DNA from: Hyalangium minutum
GTDB lineage: Bacteria; Myxococcota; Myxococcia; Myxococcales; Myxococcaceae
DNA length: 64,000 nucleotides
Direction: 5' to 3'
Assembly (NCBI RefSeq): GCF_000737315.1
Contig: NZ_JMCB01000021.1
Span: forward strand, 1-64,000
Below are positions 17,779 through 26,433 of this stretch, piece after piece. Position 1 is the stretch's first letter. Each line of letters begins with the position of its first letter. The notes beneath the pieces are model-generated. The model was not told the DNA's origin and did not search any database. It worked only from the letters and a program-made list of their open reading frames with translations. A program made the position numbers and the translations under genes.

Positions 17779-18146
17779 GCCGCCGATGCTGCCCGCTTTG
17801 GCCCGGGGTTGCTATGGCCTCCATCGAGGCAGGAGCGCGGGCACCTTGCGGGACCAAGCCGCGAATGCCGCCGGGAAGTGGAGCGCGCGCATCCGGTCCT
17901 CCTCGTGCACGCCTTCTTCTCAGCCGCGGGGTTGTACTCGAGCACCTTCAAGTCCCACGTGCTCCGGCACGTGTCTCAGTCCACGTACTCGCCCACCAGG
18001 TCGAGCGGGATGGCCGGGATGAAGTAGAGCGTGAAGAACCGCCGCACGCGCTTCTGGTGATAGCCCTGCTCCGCGCTGCAGCGCGGGCAGTGAAAACGGC
18101 CCTCGGCGTGGTTGTAGGTGACGCCGCGAGTCCCAAAGATGATCAT
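17775..18146 (-). pseudogene. Zinc-ribbon protein gene with an in-frame TGA at a conserved Cys position (pseudogene or recoded)
   Basis: MIIFGT...FHCPRC...FFTLYFIP...GEYVD[TGA 17976-8]DTCRSTWDLKVLEYNP; codon bias shifts frame after EKK. Confidence 0.6.
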
Positions 18147-18375
18147 GATTCCCCCCCCTGGTGGAAAGGCCGCGCACGCTACACGCTGCCCGTGATTCCA
18201 CCCAATCCCCCCTCCTGAGCGGCGCTGGACGAGCGCCGGAAACACGGGGGGTGTAAACAGACCCGGCCGAGGGGGACCTCGTCCCCCTCGAGTAGGTTGT
18301 CCAGACGCGAGAAGCACGTGATTTGACTACACTCGTGCTTCCTCGATCGTATCCCCTCACGAAGGAGCTCGAGCC

Positions 18376-19728
18376 TTGAACGGAGGACCCTGGGTACTGG
18401 CCAGCCGCCGCGTCGTCACCGACAGCGGTGTGCAGGAAGCCGCAGTGGTGGTGAAGGACGGAAAGGTGGAGGCGGTGGTGCCGCCCCAGAGCGCGCCGCA
18501 GGGCCTGCCAGTGACGGACGTGGGCAACCACGTGGTGATGCCCGGCGTGGTGGACTGCCACGCACACATCAACGAGCCCGGCCGCACCGAGTGGGAGGGT
18601 TTCGAGACGGCCACGCGCGCGGCGGCCGCCGGGGGCATCACCACCGTGGTGGACATGCCCCTCAACTCCATCCCCGCCACCACGTCGCGCGAGGCGCTGC
18701 GCATCAAGGCCGCCTCCGCCGAGGGCCGCTGCGCCATCGACTACGGCTTCTGGGGCGGCGTCATCCCCGGCAACGCGGGCGAGCTGGAGGGCATGGTCGA
18801 CGCCGGAGTGACGGGCTTCAAGTGCTTCCTCATCCAGTCGGGCGTGGACGAGTTCCCCCACGTCACCCGCGAGGACCTGGAGCGCGCCATGCCCATCCTC
18901 GCGCGGCGGGGCGTGCCGCTCATCGTCCACGCGGAGCTCACCGAGCACGAGGCTCCACCCCAGGGCGACACGCGCGCCTACGAGAGCTACCTGAAGTCCC
19001 GCCCCCGCCGCTGGGAGGATGACGCCATCCGGATGATGATCGACCTGTGCCGCAAGCACCGGGGCCGCGTCCACATCGTTCACCTGTCCTCCTCGGATGC
19101 GCTGGCGGACATCTCGGCCGCGAAGAAGGAGGGCCTGCCCTTCACCGTGGAGACGTGCCCCCACTACCTCACCTTCGACGCGGAGCACATTCCGGACGGC
19201 GCCACCCACTTCAAGTGTGCCCCGCCCATCCGCGAGGCGGAGAACCGCGAGAAGCTCTGGGCCGGGCTCGCCCAGGGCGACATCGACATGGTGGTGTCGG
19301 ACCACTCGCCGTGCACCCCGGCCCTCAAGCACCTGGACCGCGGAGACTTCGCGGCGGCGTGGGGCGGCATCGCCTCGCTCCAGTTCAGCCTGCCTGCTGT
19401 GTGGACGGGCATGCGCCAGCGCGGGCATGGAGTGGAGGAGCTCGTCCGGTGGATGTGCCGCAACCCGGCCCGGCTCATCGGCCTGGAGGGCGTGAAGGGC
19501 ACCCTGGCCCCTGGCGCGGACGCGGATCTGCTCGTGTTCGACCCGGAGGCCTCCTTCACCCCGGAGCCCTCGGGCGTGCTGCACCGCCACAAGCTCACGC
19601 CGTACGCGGGGCGCGCACTCCAGGGCGTGGTGGAGCGCTCGTGGGTTCGAGGGGTTCCCGTTTATTCACGAGGTCAACCCTTACCCCGTCCTTCAGGTCA
19701 GTGGGTGCGCCGTCCTGGCGCGGCATGA
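18376..19728 (+). CDS. allB: Allantoinase
   Basis: DCHAHINEPGRTEWEGF, DMPLNS, ETCPHYL and SDHSPC motifs. Confidence 0.95.
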   Translation: MNGGPWVLASRRVVTDSGVQEAAVVVKDGKVEAVVPPQSAPQGLPVTDVGNHVVMPGVVDCHAHINEPGRTEWEGFETATRAAAAGGITTVVDMPLNSIPATTSREALRIKAASAEGRCAIDYGFWGGVIPGNAGELEGMVDAGVTGFKCFLIQSGVDEFPHVTREDLERAMPILARRGVPLIVHAELTEHEAPPQGDTRAYESYLKSRPRRWEDDAIRMMIDLCRKHRGRVHIVHLSSSDALADISAAKKEGLPFTVETCPHYLTFDAEHIPDGATHFKCAPPIREAENREKLWAGLAQGDIDMVVSDHSPCTPALKHLDRGDFAAAWGGIASLQFSLPAVWTGMRQRGHGVEELVRWMCRNPARLIGLEGVKGTLAPGADADLLVFDPEASFTPEPSGVLHRHKLTPYAGRALQGVVERSWVRGVPVYSRGQPLPRPSGQWVRRPGAA

Positions 19729-19764
19729 TCATTCGCGTAAGGTATTGGCAGGAGGAGTTCCCGC

Positions 19765-20781
19765 ATGCAGACCCCCGAGGAAGGCAAGGTGCGCGTCGCC
19801 TTCGCCGAGCTCATTGACTTGGCCGCCGAGAAGGTGGGCGGCAAGGCCCTACTCGCCAATGACGAGTTCTTCGCCCCCAAAGAGAACCTGCTCAAGCCGG
19901 GCCGCGGCGTGTTCATCCCGGACAAGTACACCGAGTTCGGTAAGTGGATGGACGGCTGGGAGACGCGCCGCAAGCGCGTGCCGGGCTACGACTGGTGCAT
20001 CCTCCAGTTGGGCCTGCCGGGCGTCATCCGCGGCGTGAACGTGGACACCCACCATTTCCTCGGCAACTTCCCCGAGTACGCCTCGGTGGACGGGCTGGAG
20101 GTGGAGGGCTCGCCCGACCCTGAGTCGCTCACGGGCGCGGCGTGGACGGAGATCGTCCCGAAGACGAAGCTGGTGGGCGGCACGCAGAACTACCTGCCCG
20201 TGGCCAGCGACCGGCGCTTCACGCACGTGCGCCTCAACATCTTCCCGGACGGCGGCGTGGCCCGCTTCCGCGTGCACGGCGTGGTGAAGCCGGACCTGGC
20301 GAAGCTGCGCTCGGGCGAGTTGGTGGACCTGGCGGCGGCGGAGAACGGCGGCATCGTCATCACCACGAATGACGCGTTCTTCGGGCCCAAGGACAACCTC
20401 ATCCTCCCGGGACGCGCCGTGACGATGGGCGAGGGCTGGGAGACGCGCCGCAAGCGCGTGCCGGGCTTCGACTGGATCGTCGTCAAGCTGGCCGTGCCGG
20501 GCACGGTGCACAAGCTGGAGCTCGACACCAACCACTTCAAGGGCAACTACCCGGACATGGCCTCGGTCGAGGGGTGCTTCCTGAAGGAAGACATCCTCGA
20601 CTTCGCCAACGCGAAGGACATCGCCTGGCAGGAGATCCTCCCTCGCACGAAGCTGCAGGCGCACCACCAGCACTTCTACGAGTCCGAGCTGCGCGCCCAG
20701 GGGCCCTTCACCCACGTGCGCCTGAACATCTTCCCGGACGGCGGCATCAGCCGGCTCCGGGTCCACGGGCGTCCTGCGTGA
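19765..20781 (+). CDS. alc: Allantoicase
   Basis: Two DGWETRRKR / RLNIFPDGG repeats. Confidence 0.97.
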   Translation: MQTPEEGKVRVAFAELIDLAAEKVGGKALLANDEFFAPKENLLKPGRGVFIPDKYTEFGKWMDGWETRRKRVPGYDWCILQLGLPGVIRGVNVDTHHFLGNFPEYASVDGLEVEGSPDPESLTGAAWTEIVPKTKLVGGTQNYLPVASDRRFTHVRLNIFPDGGVARFRVHGVVKPDLAKLRSGELVDLAAAENGGIVITTNDAFFGPKDNLILPGRAVTMGEGWETRRKRVPGFDWIVVKLAVPGTVHKLELDTNHFKGNYPDMASVEGCFLKEDILDFANAKDIAWQEILPRTKLQAHHQHFYESELRAQGPFTHVRLNIFPDGGISRLRVHGRPA

Positions 20782-21290
20782 ACAAGCTCGAGTGGCTCAA
20801 TGGGCTGTCCCTCGAGGACGCCCAGGCGGAGCTCCTGCGGTGCTGCGGCTCGCACCGCTGGGCGGACGCCATGGCGCGGGCGCGTCCCTTCAAGGACGTG
20901 CCCTCCGTGTATGCGGAGGCCGGTTGGCTCTGGTCCCAAACGGGGCCAGAGGACTGGAAGGAAGCCATCTCTCACCACCCGCGCATCGGCGACGTGGAGA
21001 AGCTGCGCGAGCGCTTCAAGGCCTCCGGCGCCTGGTCCGAACAGGAGCAGAAGGGCATGGAGGGCGCCACCGAGGATGTGGTTCAGGCGCTCGCAGACGG
21101 CAACCGCGAGTACGAGGCGCGCTTCGGCTTCACCTTCCTCATCTGCGCCACGGGCAAGAGCGCCCGGGAGATGCTCGAGCACCTGCGCGAGCGCATGACG
21201 AACCCGCCGGCTCTAGAGCTGCGCATCGCAGCCGGCGAGCAGGCGCAAATCACCCGCCTTCGATTGGAGAAGCTCCTCACCTCGCCATGA
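20778..21290 (+). CDS. uraD: OHCU decarboxylase
   Basis: GTGA overlap with alc; HPRIG, SEQEQ and YEARFGFTFLICA motifs. Confidence 0.92.
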   Translation: MNKLEWLNGLSLEDAQAELLRCCGSHRWADAMARARPFKDVPSVYAEAGWLWSQTGPEDWKEAISHHPRIGDVEKLRERFKASGAWSEQEQKGMEGATEDVVQALADGNREYEARFGFTFLICATGKSAREMLEHLRERMTNPPALELRIAAGEQAQITRLRLEKLLTSP

Positions 21291-21631
21291 GCACCCTGTC
21301 CACCCACGTCCTCGACACGCAGTGGGGCCGCCCGGCGGCCGGAGTCCCCATCACCCTGGAGGCCCAGGACGGCACCGGCGGCTGGCGCGAGCTGTCCAAG
21401 GGCACCACCAACTCGGATGGCCGCGTGAAGGACTTCCTGCCCCCGGGCACGAACCTGCAGCCCGGCCTGTACCGGATGACGTTCCACACGGCGGACTACT
21501 TCCGGACGCACTCGGTGCGGGGTTTCTATCCGTACGTCTCCGTGGTGTTCGAGATCCACTCCGCGGGTGAGCACTACCACGTGCCCCTGCTGCTGAGTCC
21601 CTTCGGCTACTCCACGTACCGTGGTAGCTGA
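21287..21631 (+). CDS. uraH: 5-hydroxyisourate hydrolase
   Basis: LSTHVLD start, DGR, and C-terminal YHVPLLLSPFGYSTYRGS. Confidence 0.97.
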   Translation: MSTLSTHVLDTQWGRPAAGVPITLEAQDGTGGWRELSKGTTNSDGRVKDFLPPGTNLQPGLYRMTFHTADYFRTHSVRGFYPYVSVVFEIHSAGEHYHVPLLLSPFGYSTYRGS

Positions 21632-21637
21632 AGGGGG

Positions 21638-23011
21638 ATGACGCCGAAGCTCTCCTCCCGCATCCCGGCCGCGCGTGCGGCGCTGACGAAGTCCAACCAG
21701 GAGTACACCCAGGTGTACCCGGGGGAGTCTCCGAGCCGCCAGCCCGTGCACACGGTGTACGGCGGGGCGCAGCTCTTCAAGGCGGAGACGGCGCGGAAGA
21801 TGGGTCAGCTGGCGCTGGCGGCGCTGCGCGAGCACGCCCCAGATGCGAAGACGTTGGCCACGTGCCTGAGCCTGCCGGAGCACGACGGGTTGGCCACGCG
21901 GGTATACGAGCGCGTGGTGGCCAAGCTCGAGCGCGAGCCGGTGGAGGACCTCCGCATCGACTTCGAGGATGGGTACGGGTACCGGCCGGACGCGGAGGAG
22001 GACGGGCACGCGGTGTCCGCCGCGGAGCAGCTGGCCCGGGGCCTGGCGGAGGGTCTGCTTCCGCCCTTCGTGGGCATCCGCATCAAGTCGCTCACGGAAG
22101 AGCTGTTCGAGCGGGCCTCGCGCACGCTGGAGCTGTTCGTCACCACGCTGCTGGAGCGCACGGGCGGCAAGTTACCGGCGAACTTCGTCGTCACGCTGCC
22201 CAAGGTCCTCTCGCCCGAGCAGGTGACGGCGCTGGTGCGCATGCTGGAGGTGCTGGAGCAGGACAAGGGTCTGGCGCCGGGCACGCTGAAGCTGGAGCTG
22301 ATGGTGGAGACGCCGCAGTCCCTGTTCGACCGGCAGGGACGGCTGGCGCTGCCATCGCTGGTGGCGGCGGCCGAGGGGCGCTGCGTGGGGGCGCACCTGG
22401 GCGTGTATGACTACACGGCCACGCTCAACATCACGGCGGCGTACCAGAGCATGATGCACCCGGCCTGCGACTTCGCGCGCCACGTGGCGCAGGTGTCGCT
22501 GGCGGGGACAGGGGTGGCGCTCTCGGATGGAGCCACCAACGTCATGCCCGTGGGGCCGCACAAGCGCGACGGAGGGCGCGTGCTCACCGAGGCGCAGCAG
22601 CAGGAGAACCGCGAGACGGTGCACCGCGCATGGCGGCTGGCGTACGAGCACACGCGGCACTCGCTGGAGCTGGGCTACTACCAGGGGTGGGACCTGCACC
22701 CGGCGCAGCTGCCGGTGCGCTACGCGGCGGTGTACGCGTTCTTCCTGGAAGGCCTGGATGCGGCCTCGCGCCGGCTCAAGAGCTTCATGGAGAAGGCAGC
22801 CCAGGCGACGCTGCTCGGGGACGTGTTCGACGACGCAGCCACGGGCCAGGGGCTGCTGAACTCATTCCTGCGCGGCATTGCCTGCGGCGCCATCACCGAG
22901 GAAGAGGCCCTGGCGACGGGGCTCTCGCTGGAGGAGCTGCGCAGCCGCTCGTTCCTGAAGATCCTCGAGGGCCGACGCAAAACCGAGTCCACCCGCGCAA
23001 CACACGCTTAG
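21638..23011 (+). CDS. CitE/HpcH-like TIM-barrel lyase (DUF6986-type)
   Basis: RQPVHTVY, IDFEDGYG, LPKV, MVETPQS, DGATNVMP and YQGWDLHPAQL motifs. Confidence 0.75.
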   Translation: MTPKLSSRIPAARAALTKSNQEYTQVYPGESPSRQPVHTVYGGAQLFKAETARKMGQLALAALREHAPDAKTLATCLSLPEHDGLATRVYERVVAKLEREPVEDLRIDFEDGYGYRPDAEEDGHAVSAAEQLARGLAEGLLPPFVGIRIKSLTEELFERASRTLELFVTTLLERTGGKLPANFVVTLPKVLSPEQVTALVRMLEVLEQDKGLAPGTLKLELMVETPQSLFDRQGRLALPSLVAAAEGRCVGAHLGVYDYTATLNITAAYQSMMHPACDFARHVAQVSLAGTGVALSDGATNVMPVGPHKRDGGRVLTEAQQQENRETVHRAWRLAYEHTRHSLELGYYQGWDLHPAQLPVRYAAVYAFFLEGLDAASRRLKSFMEKAAQATLLGDVFDDAATGQGLLNSFLRGIACGAITEEEALATGLSLEELRSRSFLKILEGRRKTESTRATHA

Positions 23012-23103
23012 GCGGGCATGTTGTCCCGAGGGCCCTCCTCCTCTATCGTCCTTTGCCCGCGCCGCGCTCCCGCGCGCTCCGCCGCTCTCCGAGCCGAGAC
23101 CTG

Positions 23104-24645
23104 ATGAACCCCGTCGTCCAGGAATGGCTGAACCTCGTTGTCCGCTGGGCCCACGTGATTGCCGCCATCATGTGGATCGGCGACTCGTTCCTCTTCATGT
23201 GGCTGGACAGCCAGCTGCGCAAGCCCGGCCGCCCCCTCGAGGGTGAGGTCGTCGGCGAGCTGTGGATGGCTCACAGCGGCGGCTTCTACGAGGTCGTCAA
23301 GCGCAAGAGCCTCCAGGCCCTGCCGACCCCGCTCCACTTCTTCAAGTGGGAGTCCTACTCCACCTGGATCACCGGCTTCCTGCTGCTCATCATCGTCTAC
23401 TACATGGGCGACCGCGCGATGCTCACCGACGCGAGCTCGCCCCTGTCTCATGGGCAGGCCGTCCACATCAGCCTCGGCCTCATCATCGCGGGCTTCATCG
23501 TCTACACCGGGCTCTGCCACACGCCCCTCATCCGCGACAACCGCGCGTTCGGCGCCGTGGGCTTCGTCCTCATCACCGCCGCCGCCTACGGCATCACCCA
23601 GGTCTTCACTCCGCGCGCCGCCTTCCTCCAGGTGGGAGCCATGCTCGGCACCATCATGGCCTCCAACGTCTTCCGCATCATCATCCCCGCCCAGCAGGAG
23701 ATGCTGGCCGCCACGCGGGAGGGCCGCCCGGTCGATACCTCGTACGGCGCCCGCGCCAAGCTGCGCTCGACGCACAACCACTACCTGACGCTGCCCGTGC
23801 TGTTCACCATGCTGTCCAACCACTTCCCGGTGCTCTACGGGCACCCGGAGCCGTGGGCCATTCTCGCCCTGCTGTTCCTCGCGGGCGCTGGCGTGAAGTA
23901 CATCATGAACTTCCGCGCCCAGACTCACCCGGTGGTGTTCGCCGGCACGGTGGGCGCCATCGTCACCGTCGCGGCCATCACTGCCCCGAAGTCCGTCGAG
24001 ATCGACTCCGCGCTCGCCGCGGGCCCCAAGGTCTCGTTCGCCACGGCGCAGACCATCGTCCAGACGCGCTGCGTGACGTGCCACGCCGAGAAGCCCACCA
24101 ACCCGTCCTTCACCGCACCGCCCCTGGGCGTGATGCTCGACACCCCCGAGCGCCTGAAGGCCCATGCCCAGCGCATCTTCGTGCGCGCGGTACAGACCCA
24201 TACGATGCCGCTCGGGAACATGACCGCCATGACCGAGGAGGAGCGCAAGCAGCTCGGGGCGTGGGTCGCTCAGGGCTCGGACATCCTGGCTCCCGGTCCG
24301 GCAGCGGTGCCCACCGCCGCGCCTGTGGCCGCCCCCACGTATGCCAGCGCCGCCGAGGAGGCCCGTGTGGCCTTCACCCAGCGGTGCGTCCCCTGCCACG
24401 GTGCCGAGGGCCGCGGCAACGGTCCCTCCGCCGCAGCGCTGAACCCGAAGCCCCGGAACTATCGTGACCCCGAGTGGCAGAAGTCCGTCACGGATGAGCG
24501 CATTGCCCTGACCATCCTCATGGGCGGCGCCGCCATGGGGAAGTCGCCGAGCATGCCGGGCAACCCAGACCTCACCGAGAAGCCCGAGGTCGTCTCCGAG
24601 CTGGTGAAGTTGCTGCGCTCCTTCGGCCAAGAGGGCAATCCCTAG
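23104..24645 (+). CDS. puuD: Membrane urate hydroxylase PuuD with an extra cytochrome c domain
   Basis: RWAHVIAAIMWIG, WMAHSGGFY, FKWESYSTW and RSTHNHYLTLPV; two CxxCH motifs (CVTCH, CVPCH). Confidence 0.9.
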   Translation: MNPVVQEWLNLVVRWAHVIAAIMWIGDSFLFMWLDSQLRKPGRPLEGEVVGELWMAHSGGFYEVVKRKSLQALPTPLHFFKWESYSTWITGFLLLIIVYYMGDRAMLTDASSPLSHGQAVHISLGLIIAGFIVYTGLCHTPLIRDNRAFGAVGFVLITAAAYGITQVFTPRAAFLQVGAMLGTIMASNVFRIIIPAQQEMLAATREGRPVDTSYGARAKLRSTHNHYLTLPVLFTMLSNHFPVLYGHPEPWAILALLFLAGAGVKYIMNFRAQTHPVVFAGTVGAIVTVAAITAPKSVEIDSALAAGPKVSFATAQTIVQTRCVTCHAEKPTNPSFTAPPLGVMLDTPERLKAHAQRIFVRAVQTHTMPLGNMTAMTEEERKQLGAWVAQGSDILAPGPAAVPTAAPVAAPTYASAAEEARVAFTQRCVPCHGAEGRGNGPSAAALNPKPRNYRDPEWQKSVTDERIALTILMGGAAMGKSPSMPGNPDLTEKPEVVSELVKLLRSFGQEGNP

Positions 24646-25544
24646 GTCCGCGAGCCGAGCCTCTTCCGCAGCCGCTCGGCCGCGAACTCTAGGAAGGCCG
24701 CCGCCGCCCGGCTCTGGGGACCGGGCAGGTGCACGAGGTGCACCGGAACCGGCTCTGGCTCGAACAGCTCGAGCACCACGCGAAGCCGCTTGTCCGCGAG
24801 CAGCGAGTCCACCTGATAGGAGAGGACCCGCACCAGCCCCACTCCGGCCAGCGCGGCTTCGATGCCCGCTTGCGCCGTGTTGACGATCAGCCGTGCGTGC
24901 ACGGCGACGCTCCGCTCCCGCTTCCCACCGCTCGGGAAGGACCACCGGTCCGCGATGGGCGTCGTGTTCGTGAACACAATGCACGCGTGGCTGGCCAGCG
25001 CCTCCGGATCCTTCGGCACGCCCGCGCGCTTCAAGTACGCCGGGCTCGCGCAAATGACCGAGCGCACGTGGCCGACGAGGCGGGCCCGCAGCGCCGAGTC
25101 AGGAAGCGCCCCGATCCGCACGCCCAAGTCCATGCCCTCCTCGGCCAGCGAGACCACGCGATCCAGCAGGGTGAGCCTCAGGTCCAGCTGGGGATGGGCC
25201 TCCAGGAACTCGGCCACCACCGGCACGAGGTGGAGCTGTCCGAACAGCACCGACGCCGTCACGGACAGCATGCCGCGCAGCTCGGTCCGAGCGTCCGAGG
25301 GTGCTTCGAGGAGATCGAACTCCCCCAGCGCACGGCGGCTGCGCTCAAGGTAGCGCTCGCCTTCCCCCGTGAGCGAGACAGAGCGAGTGGTCCGGTTCAG
25401 CAAGCGCGTGCCCAGCCGATTCTCCAGCGCGGCGATGGCCCGGGTGACGCTCTGAGGGGAGCGCGAATGGGCACGGGCCGCCTCGATGAAGCTCCCCAAG
25501 CTCGCGACGGACACGAAGAGGCGCCACTCCTCGACTCGATCCAT
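24642..25544 (-). CDS. LysR-family regulator (DmlR-like)
   Basis: MDRVEEWRLF...ALENRLGTRLLNRTTR. Confidence 0.92.
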   Translation of the reverse strand: MDRVEEWRLFVSVASLGSFIEAARAHSRSPQSVTRAIAALENRLGTRLLNRTTRSVSLTGEGERYLERSRRALGEFDLLEAPSDARTELRGMLSVTASVLFGQLHLVPVVAEFLEAHPQLDLRLTLLDRVVSLAEEGMDLGVRIGALPDSALRARLVGHVRSVICASPAYLKRAGVPKDPEALASHACIVFTNTTPIADRWSFPSGGKRERSVAVHARLIVNTAQAGIEAALAGVGLVRVLSYQVDSLLADKRLRVVLELFEPEPVPVHLVHLPGPQSRAAAAFLEFAAERLRKRLGSRT

Positions 25545-25563
25545 TATTCCACTCCCTGGAATA
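25545..25563. promoter_or_regulatory. LysR box
   Basis: TATTCC-N7-GGAATA (T-N11-A) between divergent genes. Confidence 0.65.
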
Positions 25564-25664
25564 CTGTTACCACGGGCGCGCCATTGTTGTCGAAGTGGGA
25601 ACTCCGTACCTTGGTCTCCAGAGCGGACTCCCCCGAGCCGCCGGATACCTGGAGGTTCTTTCCG

Positions 25665-26276
25665 ATGAATCCCCCTTCGAGCGATGTGGCCTTCTCCCCG
25701 GCGGTGAAGCAGGTGCAGAGCGAGCGCGGCTCCCGGGCCGCGTACTCCCGGATGGAGCGCGACGGTGGCTTCGAGACCGAGGTGACGGAGAGCCTGCGCG
25801 CGTTCCTCGCGCAGATAGACACAGGGTTCCTGGCCACCGCGAGCGCCGAGGGGCAGCCGTACATCCAGCACCGAGGCGGTCCCCGAGGCTTCATCCGGGG
25901 GCTCGACAGCCACACGCTCGGGTTCGTCGATTTCGTGGGCAACCGCCAGTACATCTCGACGGGCAACCTGTCCGAGAACAATCGGGTCTGTCTCTTCCTC
26001 ATCGACTACGCGCGCCAGCGCCGCGTCAAGGTCTGGGGCACGGCGCGGACCGTCCCCGCGACGGACGAGCTATTGGCCCAGCTCGCTCCCGCTGAATACC
26101 GGGCGCGCCCCGAGCAGGTGGTCCTCATCACGGTGAGCGCTTGGGACGTGAACTGCCCAAAGCACCTCCCGCAGAAGCTCGATGCCGCCGAGGTGGCGCA
26201 GGCGCTCCAGCGGCTGGAGAATCGCATCGCCGAGCTGGAAGCCGAGAACCGCCGCCTCCGAGGGGCTCGCCCGTAG
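25665..26276 (+). CDS. Pyridoxamine 5'-phosphate oxidase-like FMN-binding protein
   Basis: PYIQHRGGPRGF, GNRQYISTGNL and WDVNCPKH motifs. Confidence 0.9.
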   Translation: MNPPSSDVAFSPAVKQVQSERGSRAAYSRMERDGGFETEVTESLRAFLAQIDTGFLATASAEGQPYIQHRGGPRGFIRGLDSHTLGFVDFVGNRQYISTGNLSENNRVCLFLIDYARQRRVKVWGTARTVPATDELLAQLAPAEYRARPEQVVLITVSAWDVNCPKHLPQKLDAAEVAQALQRLENRIAELEAENRRLRGARP

Positions 26277-26433
26277 CCAGGCGGCCCCACAGGCCTTCTC
26301 TTCCTCGGCGCCACTCGGCCGTCCGCTCGCGCTCGCCGCCATGATGCCCCGCCTGGAGAGCCTCCCGGCTGAACCCCTTGGAGGCCCTGCGGACCGAGTA
26401 GGCCCCACGCGGCCCACCGCTCACGGCCCGCGC

